A DNA stretch of 64,000 nt from a virus: positions 78,130 through 142,129 of IMG/VR virus record IMGVR_UViG_3300005676_000020. One strand, written 5' to 3'. Position numbers and translations under genes: made by a program. Below, piece after piece: positions 8,770 through 17,324 of this stretch. Position 1 is the first letter of the stretch, and each line of letters begins with the position of its first letter. The notes beneath the pieces were generated by a model. The model was not told the DNA's origin, searched no databases, and saw nothing but the letters and a program-made list of their open reading frames with translations.

Positions 8770-8886
8770 TTACAAAAAACCTTTGTATACTGCCCTTCTG
8801 GGCTTTTTTGGTTCACACCCGGTCTTCTTTGAAGGTGTACAGCTGGCTAGCATAGCAGCCAGAACAAGTACGAGAATGTATTTCAT
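8770..8886 (-). CDS. small lipoprotein (38 aa)
   Basis: Hand translation MKYILVLVLAAMLASCTPSKKTGCEPKKPRRAVYKGFL; lipobox LASC; ATGA overlap with the upstream gene. Confidence 0.65.
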   Translation of the reverse strand: MKYILVLVLAAMLASCTPSKKTGCEPKKPRRAVYKGFL

Positions 8887-9614
8887 AAAGCTGCTGTTAC
8901 AAACATGTTCATTGCCGCCTGATGACCGTTACCGAACGTGGTCATGTACCTTTTACTGCCATCGGCGAAAGTTACGTAGAAGTCACATTTGTCCAGGTCT
9001 ACTGTCAATGTCTCTATTCCTTCAGGAAACTCATAGCTGGATAAAGCCTTTAAGGTTCCTTCCGTCATCTTTATCGGACTTCTAGCTATCAGCTTCTCCA
9101 TCTGAGTGACGTCATAAAGCTTGTAGTTCTGAGTCATCTTCTCCACGTTGCCTTCTGCCATCTTCCTCATCTTCAGGTACATGGACATGGCGGAAAAGGT
9201 TCTCATCTGGGATGACATGAATACCGGCATACCTATCGGCTCCTTATCTTCAAAGTCAAAGTACTCTACCTTTTCTATATGACCCTTGTTTATAGTAACT
9301 TCTATCTCTGCACCACTGGCAAAGACGGACTTTAAGATGCCGTTGAACTCCTCATGTCTGTCAAAGGTTAAAGGGAATATAGCCTCAGCAAACTGAGTTA
9401 CTGTCTGTGGCTTTGGAAAAGGAGAAGTTATGAATGCAGCCAAAGAAGCCATAAACCATTGAATTACAAGGATCAAAGTCTTTCCTGTACCGTTCTGTCC
9501 AACATATATGGTCAAATCTTTTTTGGTGTCAATTTCGAGGTCCATGTTCACAGGACCGTCAAGCTTCAGGATGAGGGTATTTAAGTTACCCAGTTTCTTA
9601 GTAGTAGTTTCCAT
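8883..9614 (-). CDS. ABC/AAA_15-type ATPase-like protein lacking Walker B
   Basis: Walker A IYVGQNGTGKT; ends about 10 aa after a signature-like FGNGHQ; start set at METTTKK. Confidence 0.65.
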   Translation of the reverse strand: METTTKKLGNLNTLILKLDGPVNMDLEIDTKKDLTIYVGQNGTGKTLILVIQWFMASLAAFITSPFPKPQTVTQFAEAIFPLTFDRHEEFNGILKSVFASGAEIEVTINKGHIEKVEYFDFEDKEPIGMPVFMSSQMRTFSAMSMYLKMRKMAEGNVEKMTQNYKLYDVTQMEKLIARSPIKMTEGTLKALSSYEFPEGIETLTVDLDKCDFYVTFADGSKRYMTTFGNGHQAAMNMFVTAAL

Positions 9615-9996
9615 TTCTGTGTTTTTGGAATGATGTCCACAAGGACTCAATGTTTTCAGCTCCCACAGGGTTGTGAGAGTGGATAAGCACCATAGGTAGC
9701 CTATCCGTCCATTTCTCGAGCAGTCTATCTATCATAAACTGCATACAGTGGTAGCCGGTCTTCTCTTTGAAGTCATTGTAATTGGTTCCGGCAAAGGCGT
9801 AATGCTCATCGGCGAGGTCATGGTCGAAAGACACTATATCAGGCATACCTCTTTGGTTTATAGCCTTAACAAACTCTTCATATGACTTTACGACCACCCA
9901 TTCGTTATTAGTGTATTCTCCGGCATATTTAGGATGTGCATAAGAAGCCACCTCTCCTGGGCTACGCCGGTCGTCAAGGAACAAGTTATAACTCAT
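9598..9996 (-). CDS. cyclic-phosphate processing receiver domain protein
   Basis: LFLDDxR, VSFDHDL, KTGYxC and IHSxNPVG motifs. Confidence 0.8.
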   Translation of the reverse strand: MSYNLFLDDRRSPGEVASYAHPKYAGEYTNNEWVVVKSYEEFVKAINQRGMPDIVSFDHDLADEHYAFAGTNYNDFKEKTGYHCMQFMIDRLLEKWTDRLPMVLIHSHNPVGAENIESLWTSFQKHRNGNYY

Positions 9997-10012
9997 AAGT
10001 TTTCTTTGCTTT

Positions 10013-10041
10013 TAAAAAATACAGGCCGTAGAAACGGCCCG
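10013..10041 (-). terminator. intrinsic terminator
   Basis: Minus strand GGGCCGTTTCTACGGCCTG followed by a T-run. Confidence 0.6.
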
Positions 10042-10070
10042 TCTTGCTTGTGTCCATAATCCTAAACCAA

Positions 10071-10268
10071 TTACCTGAAACCACCACCTATCAATCTTTT
10101 ACCGACGGCCACTGGCGATTTGTGGTCTCTTTCACATTTTTCTGCAAACTTACAGAAGGCGGCGTTCGTCTGGATACATCTTCCAAACTTGTTCAGGTAA
10201 CGGCGGAAACGACTGAACGAATTAACTATCTCCTCAGAGATAGCTGTACTGTAGACAGGCTTTGACAT
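10071..10268 (-). CDS. hypothetical protein
   Basis: ORF track. Confidence 0.5.
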   Translation of the reverse strand: MSKPVYSTAISEEIVNSFSRFRRYLNKFGRCIQTNAAFCKFAEKCERDHKSPVAVGKRLIGGGFR

Positions 10269-10279
10269 ATGCTTAGGTT

Positions 10280-10468
10280 TTAGTGATTTGCACAGTTGCC
10301 CTTGTGGGTTATTTGACCCTTGTATTCAAGGTACTCACACCCGTCAATGACCTTGACGGTATACCTGACACCACTTACATCAGCTTTTTGAGGCTGCATG
10401 AAGAGCGCCACTGATATTAAGAATGTCACTATCATGATGAAAATCGTCACCTTATATCTGTTGTTCAT
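10280..10468 (-). CDS. small membrane-anchored protein (IDGCEYL...ITHKGNC family)
   Basis: N-terminal TM plus a C-terminal motif I recognise from Bacteroidota phages. Confidence 0.65.
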   Translation of the reverse strand: MNNRYKVTIFIMIVTFLISVALFMQPQKADVSGVRYTVKVIDGCEYLEYKGQITHKGNCANH

Positions 10469-10617
10469 ATTACTTTGTGGTATTAAAGATTACGGCATCT
10501 CTTATCCTTTTGACCCTGAATCCGTAGACGGCCGTGTCCATAAGGTCGGCCAAGTCCCCTGTCCAGAGGTCTGCAGATACAAAAACAGGAAGGAAATGAA
10601 ACTTCGGATGGTCTGCT

Positions 10618-10938
10618 TTACATATAATCAACCTCTCTCCCGGAGTCCATCGATGTATCCTTACCCTCGGCATCCTTTTTTTTGAGATACTTTCTTGTTT
10701 TGACATAAGCCCAATGAAATGCTGTTTTGTAGATGATTTCTTCTGTTCCGTGATTGACACGACCTTCCTCTATCCTTATCCAAGTCCTCTCCTCTTCGTA
10801 GTTAATTAAGCTGAGCTTAGCAAGCTTCAATTCCCAGAACAGATTAATGAGTATTAGAATAGGCACAACTACTATCAGAAAAATCTGATAGAGCAGAGCT
10901 GCGGTAAAGAACCAGAGGGGGATAAGAATGTATTTCAT
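10618..10938 (-). CDS. hypothetical membrane protein
   Basis: Long hydrophobic N-terminus. Confidence 0.55.
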   Translation of the reverse strand: MKYILIPLWFFTAALLYQIFLIVVVPILILINLFWELKLAKLSLINYEEERTWIRIEEGRVNHGTEEIIYKTAFHWAYVKTRKYLKKKDAEGKDTSMDSGREVDYM

Positions 10939-11210
10939 AAGAAGTTGTATTTTTCCTCAATAGTGCAGATTATCTCAGCCAGGGCTCTCATGCTCATTGC
11001 CCGGGCGTGGTAGATGTCTGTTTCTGAACCAGGGCTGTTCTTTAGCAGAGACACTGTATCGCAGGTCTGTTTGAGCTCTTTGATAATGTCCGATTCACTG
11101 GAAGTGACCATGTTGATTAGATGTCTCTTGCAACTCTCCAATAATTCAAGGTTTCCTTCCTTAGTTTGGAGTGATATTAAATGTTTTGCTATTTCCGACC
11201 TTTCCATCAT
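10935..11210 (-). CDS. hypothetical protein (paralog of 11161-11436)
   Basis: Shared ending LAEII.IEEKY / ADLIAEIERKY. Confidence 0.55.
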   Translation of the reverse strand: MMERSEIAKHLISLQTKEGNLELLESCKRHLINMVTSSESDIIKELKQTCDTVSLLKNSPGSETDIYHARAMSMRALAEIICTIEEKYNFL

Positions 11211-11436
11211 CTTCTAAAAGTTTATATTTTCTTTCAATTTCTGCTATTAAATCAGCAGCGTGTGATAATCTTCTGAGTCTTGTCTCTGACAACGGTCTGC
11301 TAGAGTCTGTCTTCTTGCAACGCTCTATCAACTCTTCTTTGGAGCAGGTTAAGTCTTTCTCTATCAAGCGTTTCAAGTAATCTCTGTATTGCAAGGCTTC
11401 TTCCCTTGACATCCCTTTTATATGATCCGACAACAT
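11161..11436 (-). CDS. hypothetical protein
   Basis: ORF track; paralog of the adjacent gene. Confidence 0.55.
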   Translation of the reverse strand: MLSDHIKGMSREEALQYRDYLKRLIEKDLTCSKEELIERCKKTDSSRPLSETRLRRLSHAADLIAEIERKYKLLEDDGKVGNSKTFNITPN

Positions 11437-11935
11437 GTATAAGCGGTATTATTTTTTTGTAAAGATTGTTAGGTTGAACTCTTACCAGCTTTCCATCTGA
11501 AAAGAAGGCGTTAATGGTCATGGATGACTCCTCTATAGGATAGGGTCTCTCAACCCTCTCAACCTCTATGACCTTGACTATCTCCTTATCAGCCAAGTAG
11601 AATGGCCTTAGAAAGCAGAATGTATCGACTATAGTACCATCCTGATAGAACAGAGTATGGTTATCTAAGACGATGATAAAAGACCCTTTAGGACTTGACT
11701 CAAGGAACTTGGCAATTCCTCCTCTTGGCTGGGTAATATTTATAACCTTACCCAGGCCTTTTGCAACGTTTATAACATCTTCTGTACGGCAACCCTTTTC
11801 TGGGTCATTCGTATGCCACATAAATCTGAAAAGAGCTTCGTTATATGCAATGTAGTGAGCTTCGGCTACGGCCGTCACACAGCAGGTTCCGAATCTGAAT
11901 CTTATTCGGTTAGGAACTATGGTTATGGATGTCAT
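11300..11935 (-). CDS. hypothetical protein, possible papain-like (C39-type) fold
   Basis: GTCCVTAVAEA...NHTL spacing is compatible with a Cys-His dyad; weak. Confidence 0.45.
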   Translation of the reverse strand: MTSITIVPNRIRFRFGTCCVTAVAEAHYIAYNEALFRFMWHTNDPEKGCRTEDVINVAKGLGKVINITQPRGGIAKFLESSPKGSFIIVLDNHTLFYQDGTIVDTFCFLRPFYLADKEIVKVIEVERVERPYPIEESSMTINAFFSDGKLVRVQPNNLYKKIIPLIHVVGSYKRDVKGRSLAIQRLLETLDRERLNLLQRRVDRALQEDRL

Positions 11936-12204
11936 TCCACGTAGATTATGGGTGTTAACTTTCGCCTTAGCATTATGTCGCTAAGAACTTTACCATCAGA
12001 ACCGGCGCTTATCGACTTTTGAATAACCCCTTCCAGAGAAGCTTCCTCCACATACAAACCGCCTTTAAAAACGGTTCTGTAGAAAACCCCCCATTTCTGC
12101 CAAGTGATACCGTTGCATTTAAGAAACAAAAGGCTCGGTCTGTTAACTTCTTCGAAATATTGGATGCATGTTGTAGTACTCATCTGATACCAGTTTGCCT
12201 TCAA
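11932..12204 (-). CDS. hypothetical protein, tandem paralog family A
   Basis: Ends EASLE...PIIYVE like its two neighbours. Confidence 0.55.
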   Translation of the reverse strand: MKANWYQMSTTTCIQYFEEVNRPSLLFLKCNGITWQKWGVFYRTVFKGGLYVEEASLEGVIQKSISAGSDGKVLSDIMLRRKLTPIIYVE

Positions 12205-12469
12205 TTATGATTTCTTCGACTATCGGTCGGTTAGCTTTGGTCACCTCACCTTTCTCCTTTACAATCCTTGAAGCTTCTTCAAAGCTGCATTTTATAATCT
12301 CCGTCACTCCTTGTCTTGTATGGGCAACAAGTTTTCCAGACTCAAAAGAGTACTGGAATATTCCGACTGCATAAGCTGTAGAAGTGTCACGCCTCTCATT
12401 GAGGGACCAGTAAACCCCATCTACTTCCAGTATGACTGTGTTTACTGTGGTTGTATAATACTTTATCAT
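12143..12469 (-). CDS. hypothetical protein, tandem paralog family A
   Basis: CSFEEASRIV...IIIE. Confidence 0.55.
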   Translation of the reverse strand: MIKYYTTTVNTVILEVDGVYWSLNERRDTSTAYAVGIFQYSFESGKLVAHTRQGVTEIIKCSFEEASRIVKEKGEVTKANRPIVEEIIIEGKLVSDEYYNMHPIFRRS

Positions 12470-12744
12470 TCAATGTAGATTACCGGTTTAGCAACTTTTT
12501 TCATGGAGAATACTGTGCATGGGCCAGCAGCCCGAACTCTTTCTGAAGCTTCTTCCAGAGTACAACAGACTTCTCTATTTCCTACCATTCTGAAGTGACC
12601 GGTTCCTGTAAAATACTTGTTAATTTTTGTGCCGGGACCATGTTTCGAAAGGAGAACTGTTCTGCCAACTCTATACCAAACAACCTCATCACATACCAAA
12701 AACACAAACCCGTTCCCATCTTCGTAGTGTGGATAAGTTCTCAT
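12466..12744 (-). CDS. hypothetical protein, tandem paralog family A
   Basis: CTLEEASERV...PVIYIE. Confidence 0.55.
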   Translation of the reverse strand: MRTYPHYEDGNGFVFLVCDEVVWYRVGRTVLLSKHGPGTKINKYFTGTGHFRMVGNREVCCTLEEASERVRAAGPCTVFSMKKVAKPVIYIE

Positions 12745-12998
12745 TTTACCATCAGGGGTCTATTCTTCATTATATAATCAGTGAAATGTTGGGCCACGTG
12801 GTGGCCGTTAGAGGGGATTCCGCAGCGATGCTCCAATATAACCTCGAAGAGAAGGCATCCTATGTTGTATACCCCTCTTTCAGTCTCAAAACCTGTCATT
12901 TTAATCTCAAGGTAAGCTTCCAGGAAGGTATCTGAAACAACAGACCGGTAGCGCCCGTTGAGCTCTTCCCTTACGAACTTTTGGATGACTTCTTTCAT
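12741..12998 (-). CDS. hypothetical protein
   Basis: ORF track; ATGA overlaps. Confidence 0.55.
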   Translation of the reverse strand: MKEVIQKFVREELNGRYRSVVSDTFLEAYLEIKMTGFETERGVYNIGCLLFEVILEHRCGIPSNGHHVAQHFTDYIMKNRPLMVK

Positions 12999-13234
12999 AG
13001 CTTAGTTATTTTATAGCCGAGTTCCTGAAGACAGTCGTCAAGAGTCTTTAAAGACATTTGACCGACGACATACACATTCTTTAACTGCATTACAACAGCT
13101 AAAGAGGGCTGGTCCTCTTTGTCCCCATCCCTCTTTATATGGAGTTCAACAGGGGTCATTTCGACTAAAGATGTTTTGTCGGACAGGTCTATCATGCCGG
13201 TACCGTGGTCAAAGGTTTTCATGTAAGTTGCCAT
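12995..13234 (-). CDS. hypothetical protein
   Basis: ORF track. Confidence 0.55.
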   Translation of the reverse strand: MATYMKTFDHGTGMIDLSDKTSLVEMTPVELHIKRDGDKEDQPSLAVVMQLKNVYVVGQMSLKTLDDCLQELGYKITKL

Positions 13235-13237
13235 ATC

Positions 13238-13675
13238 TTATTGATTGTCAAGCATTTCAAGTTGTTGTTTAAACATACCCTCAACCTCACCGTTCTTATC
13301 CGGGAGTATGAGTCTTAGCACAGGACGACCAAGCTCTTTAGCCTCAATGAAGTAGGTTTTCAGACCACCCGCAAGGATATCTGTGTATACCTTACCTGGT
13401 TCAAACACCTCACCTCCCTTAATACGGTTGACTATCAGATTGGCTATACCATGTAGGGCGTTTTGATCAGCAGGAACACAAATCTGAATATCTTTATGCC
13501 CAAAGTTCTCCTGGAGACCGTGGGTGTGATAATTAGTTTCGAACGGACATTTAATGTCGTCAAATACGTAGTGGCCTACCCACCCGTATTTCTCCATGAG
13601 CGGCTGCTGGTCTTTACCAGAGTCGCAGGTCATGATACTACCGTCTTTTCTTACAAAAGAGTGTGTCTTTTCCAT
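13238..13675 (-). CDS. DUF4262-like protein
   Basis: MEKYGWVGHYV...HTHGLQENFGHKDIQI...LILPDKNG pattern. Confidence 0.6.
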   Translation of the reverse strand: MEKTHSFVRKDGSIMTCDSGKDQQPLMEKYGWVGHYVFDDIKCPFETNYHTHGLQENFGHKDIQICVPADQNALHGIANLIVNRIKGGEVFEPGKVYTDILAGGLKTYFIEAKELGRPVLRLILPDKNGEVEGMFKQQLEMLDNQ

Positions 13676-13681
13676 TGTTTA

Positions 13682-13907
13682 TCAGTTTACGACAATCACT
13701 TCCCTAAGGAGTTTCCTGTCTTTACTATTTAGTTTATGAAATGCCCGGACGCTAGCTTTAGGTCTCATCTTTTTTACTATCTGCTCAGCCTTTTTGAAGC
13801 TGACGTTTCTGAATACTTCTGGGTATTCAAGTCCCTACTAACTCGGCTTCTCCCCAGAACTGTCTTGCGGTAGCATTGGGATTAGGTCTAACTACAAAAT
13901 GTATCAT
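13682..13907 (-). pseudogene. frameshifted paralog of family B
   Basis: MIHFVVRP...ELVGT stops at TGA 13829-13827; a shifted frame continues EYPEVFRNVSFKKAEQIV to TGA at 13684-13682, matching the neighbours. Confidence 0.55.
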
Positions 13908-14283
13908 AGAGTTGGTTTATGCTAAAAATACCTCAGATACTATGTCTCTGGCAGTGTAAATGTAGTGGGGATGTATTCCTTCCTCTTTTATAGCCGGGTC
14001 TGATAATACAAGTTCCTGGGCTTCTTCAAGACTTATATCCGACGCAATAAACACACTGTTACTGAAAAGGGTTCTTTTTCTACAATCGTATCGGAGAACT
14101 CTTAACGTCTTTGCGCTTGACGTCATATACTGCTCTGGACCTTCTCCGGGATATAGTGGAATCAGAACTTTCCAAAACATGAGGGACGTAAAAGTTCCAA
14201 CATCTTCTATTTCCGCCATATCTTCACCTTTCGAGTTCTTTCTTCTTCTTGTCACAATAAAATGTACCATAGAGTTGGTTTAT
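13896..14283. repeat. 25-bp direct repeat spanning the gene junctions of family B
   Basis: AAAATGTA(T/C)CATAGAGTTGGTTTAT at 13896-13920 and 14259-14283. Confidence 0.8.
13917..14270 (-). CDS. hypothetical protein, tandem paralog family B
   Basis: MVHFIV...ISLEEAQELVLSD...YTARDIVSEVFLA. Confidence 0.65.
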   Translation of the reverse strand: MVHFIVTRRRKNSKGEDMAEIEDVGTFTSLMFWKVLIPLYPGEGPEQYMTSSAKTLRVLRYDCRKRTLFSNSVFIASDISLEEAQELVLSDPAIKEEGIHPHYIYTARDIVSEVFLA

Positions 14284-14501
14284 ACTACAAATATCTCAGA
14301 GATAATGTCTTTAGCAGACGCTGTATAGTACTGATAAATCCCTGATTTCTTGCTACATATGTCAGCCAGTACAATCTCTTCCGCTTGTTGGATAGTTACA
14401 TTCTTGGCAATACGTTTTTTATTCCGATACAGTTCTTTAGACTCGTAGTCATATAAGAATATAACTTCCATAGAGCCGGTAGCCACCATGTAGAAGCCGT
14501 C
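14280..14501 (-). pseudogene. 5'-truncated family B paralog
   Basis: DGFYM...VTIQQAEEIVLAD...ASAKDIISEIFVV; its N-terminus is replaced by the gltX fragment. Confidence 0.55.
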
Positions 14502-14691
14502 CGAGGGTGTCAAAAATGTATTCTTCTGCACCGGGCACATAGCGGGTCTGGTCAGTATCTTCTATTCTTACAATGAAATCTCCGTGATATTTTTTGGCAA
14601 ACAGGTAGTTGTATAAAACTGTTCTTACACCACCCAGGTGCAAGCCACCGGTAGGACTTGGTGCAAACCGAACCCTTACTTTTTTACTCAT
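14449..14691 (-). pseudogene. gltX: N-terminal fragment (~63 aa) of glutamyl-tRNA synthetase
   Basis: [53 protein letters not shown]: clear GluRS start with the HIGH-type motif, then an out-of-frame join. Confidence 0.85.
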
Positions 14692-14708
14692 AGATAGTGT
14701 ATTATTGA

Positions 14709-15020
14709 TTATTCCATGAGGTAGGGCACCTCTTTATTACCTGCTTTAAGGTAGTCTTTCTGTTCTTCTGTCAGTACACGGCGTATATAGGAGATTTGCA
14801 TCCTTTTCCGAATCGGCACAGACATATCCTGAAGGTCTTCGTCTATCTCCAGGCCAGTGTCCCGGTCGAATTCCCAGACACATTTTATCCTGTCCTCGGT
14901 TACTTCTGCAACGATAAGGTATACAGGTATGCTAAAAGCCAGCATTCTTTCAATGACGTCGCCGACCTTTATGCTGTGAAGAACCTCCTTTGACAGAGGG
15001 TTATAAGTTACATTTGCCAT
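14709..15020 (-). CDS. hypothetical protein
   Basis: ORF track. Confidence 0.6.
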   Translation of the reverse strand: MANVTYNPLSKEVLHSIKVGDVIERMLAFSIPVYLIVAEVTEDRIKCVWEFDRDTGLEIDEDLQDMSVPIRKRMQISYIRRVLTEEQKDYLKAGNKEVPYLME

Positions 15021-15049
15021 AAACTACTATTAATGGTTAGGTTGAGAAC

Positions 15050-15078
15050 AAAAAAGCCCGCTATAGACATAGCCGGCT
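15050..15078 (-). terminator. intrinsic terminator
   Basis: Minus strand AGCCGGCTATGTCTATAGCGGGCT followed by a T-run. Confidence 0.55.
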
Positions 15079-15086
15079 AAAACTAT

Positions 15087-15365
15087 TCATATGGAAGAAG
15101 AAACTATCATTAGTATGGCCACAATACATAGAAGTATGGTATTACGACACGCCTGTAGCTCAATAAGGCGCTTTTCTTTGCTGTATTTTGTCAGTGGCTT
15201 CATAGCCCAGGCATCTAGCCAGAAGCCAGCCATGACCAAAAGAAGGCCTCCTGGGAACATTGTAAGCCACAAGGTATTCCCAATTAGCTCCTCCATGAAG
15301 CCGTTCAACCGGGCTATTGCTGCTATGATGACAGTCAAGCCTAAAATAGCTAATACGTATTTCAT
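15087..15365 (-). CDS. hypothetical membrane protein (3 TM)
   Basis: Hydrophobic segments. Confidence 0.55.
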   Translation of the reverse strand: MKYVLAILGLTVIIAAIARLNGFMEELIGNTLWLTMFPGGLLLVMAGFWLDAWAMKPLTKYSKEKRLIELQACRNTILLCIVAILMIVSSSI

Positions 15366-15366
15366 A

Positions 15367-15573
15367 TCAGTTTAGTTTTGAAAGGTGATTTACGATGATA
15401 TAGATAGCCTCAAGCAGGGTGCTGGCCCCAGATACTATCATGATGACAGCATGTACCATTGGATATTCCTTGGTTACGTCAACACTTATTATGCCTTCCA
15501 GCAGTAATAGTATGGAAGCAATAACAAATATCGCCATAAGGGCGATAAGAATAAAAGCTACAGCAGGGTGCAT
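15367..15573 (-). CDS. hypothetical membrane protein (2 TM)
   Basis: Hydrophobic segments. Confidence 0.55.
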   Translation of the reverse strand: MHPAVAFILIALMAIFVIASILLLLEGIISVDVTKEYPMVHAVIMIVSGASTLLEAIYIIVNHLSKLN

Positions 15574-16103
15574 AATAGAAGATTTACTAATGAGCTGGTA
15601 GTTACTATTATCACGAAGAGGTCTTGCCCCTCCGGCAGGGAATATCCTGGGCGGCTTACTACTTCACAGCATCCTGTCGATACCAGCACCATTGCCGCGT
15701 GAATGTATACCATTTCTATCATTTTCTTAAACCTATTAGCAGTGACACACCAAGGCCTATAGCGATAAAGGCCGGGAATATGGCGATGAGCAGCTGTGGA
15801 ACTGTCTTGGCTATAGGCACAAACATTGCCCCGAGCATGGCTCCTATTACTATCATCGACCAGGCGCAGAATCTTATTGTTTTCATTGCTGACAAGTATT
15901 TTCGTCTTTAATCTTAGTGTGGATTCGCTTTCTCAATAACTCTAAATCTTCCAGGTCGTTATAGCGAAATGATGAAATCAGGGATGCTATTTCCAATACC
16001 AGTCGTCTTGACAGGTCAGTAAAAAGACCTAATATGAAAGCTGTTCAATTTATGGCACTAATGTAAGTTTATTGGCACAGGAGCCATTATTGGGTACTAC
16101 CAG

Positions 16104-16424
16104 CTATGATCCCCTAAGCACCAGCTTTGGTGTTCCGGTGCGAAATCCGATAGTACCGTGGGTAAAGTCAATACTTTTTTTGTCCTGGAATAGTTCAGGA
16201 TTGCTTTCAGCGTAAGCCTGAAGTACTTCAAAGGCTTCCTCCTTTTCATCTTGTAGTTTGCTGATGCTTCCTTCGTACTTTTCTTTTACCGCTGTTATTT
16301 CGGTATTCATTTTGCCCTGCTGCACTTCCAGCCGGGATACACATGAGTTATAGCGGGCAAATGCTTCTTCGGCAGTATCCCGGTTTACCTCTGTGATTAG
16401 TTTTTTGCTCTGTCTTGTTGCCAT
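16104..16424 (-). pseudogene. gam: Mu-type host-nuclease inhibitor Gam, C-terminally truncated
   Basis: Helical hairpin followed by LQAYAESNPELFQDKKSIDFTHGTIGFRTGTPKL, then an abrupt VLRGS stop; Mu Gam family proteins are roughly 170 aa. Confidence 0.75.
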
Positions 16425-16452
16425 CTGATTGGTTTTTATATTGATAAAATTG

Positions 16453-16659
16453 TTACATGATCTCAGCCTGCTTTTGCAGGTAGTGGCTGCTCAGCTCGTC
16501 CAGGGCACTGGCCCTTTCTTTTGCATCTGCACTGTGCATAAACTGCTCATTGAACCTGTCCATCATATCATGGCATACAATAAGCTGCTCGTTATTAATA
16601 CAGCTGTCAATACAGCGTAGTATCATTTCTTTGTAAGGGTTAAATAGTTCTTTCTTCAT
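16453..16659 (-). CDS. hypothetical protein (Mu-like early region)
   Basis: ORF track; ATGA coupling with the upstream gene. Confidence 0.55.
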   Translation of the reverse strand: MKKELFNPYKEMILRCIDSCINNEQLIVCHDMMDRFNEQFMHSADAKERASALDELSSHYLQKQAEIM

Positions 16660-16961
16660 GCTGAATATTTTTGATGTACTGTGTTTAAGGTTTGTTGAAT
16701 GAGGTTTTGTGTAAACGGGTCAGCCTTGCTGGTATTGAATTTTGAGAAAAACATATAAAAGGCACAGGCTTCGTCTGCTTCAATACTTATGCTGTATTTC
16801 TTTTTCACCTCGATGGCTTTTCGATAAAATTTTTTATATAATCTGAAAAGGGTGCCATGCAATACATGAGCTTCAATGCCTTTTGGTGTAATGGCTGTAC
16901 ATACATTGGCCAGTAACTGGTATAAGGCTGTAAACTCTGCGTATGTCATTTTCATTTTCAT
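16656..16961 (-). CDS. hypothetical protein (Mu-like early region)
   Basis: ORF track. Confidence 0.55.
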   Translation of the reverse strand: MKMKMTYAEFTALYQLLANVCTAITPKGIEAHVLHGTLFRLYKKFYRKAIEVKKKYSISIEADEACAFYMFFSKFNTSKADPFTQNLIQQTLNTVHQKYSA

Positions 16962-17302
16962 TGGTTGATTATCTTATTCACCTGTTCGCTGATGGGTGTG
17001 TAGTAGGGCATATATAGCTCATCATTGGTATCAATCATATTCTGCACCTTATCCCTGGCATGTAGTACAGTGGAGTGATCTCTGTTGATGCTGTTACCAA
17101 TTTCTATACTTGTTTTGCCCGACAGGTTCATTGCAAACCAGCAATAGAGATGCCTGGCAATGATTATTGAACTTTTTCTCGGCCCCCTGATAACATCTTC
17201 TTTGCTTACCTCACAATTCCTGCAAACAATGTGCATTAGCTGATCAAGGTTTATTTCTTTGAATTTGATGTTGATGGTTACTTTTATTTTCTTTCGCACC
17301 AC
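16958..17302 (-). CDS. DnaA domain IV-like helix-turn-helix protein, probably 5'-truncated
   Basis: R..II.ARHLYCWF...IG..INRDHSTVLHARDKV is the DnaA C-terminal signature; the frame stays open upstream into the TPR fragment junction. Confidence 0.75.
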   Translation of the reverse strand: MVRKKIKVTINIKFKEINLDQLMHIVCRNCEVSKEDVIRGPRKSSIIIARHLYCWFAMNLSGKTSIEIGNSINRDHSTVLHARDKVQNMIDTNDELYMPYYTPISEQVNKIINQ

Positions 17303-17324
17303 AGCGGCTATATCATCAATGCAC

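Noticed and set aside
14449-14691. Functional phage glutamyl-tRNA synthetase
   Set aside because: Only ~63 aa are present; no KMSKS motif or anticodon-binding domain in any frame nearby.
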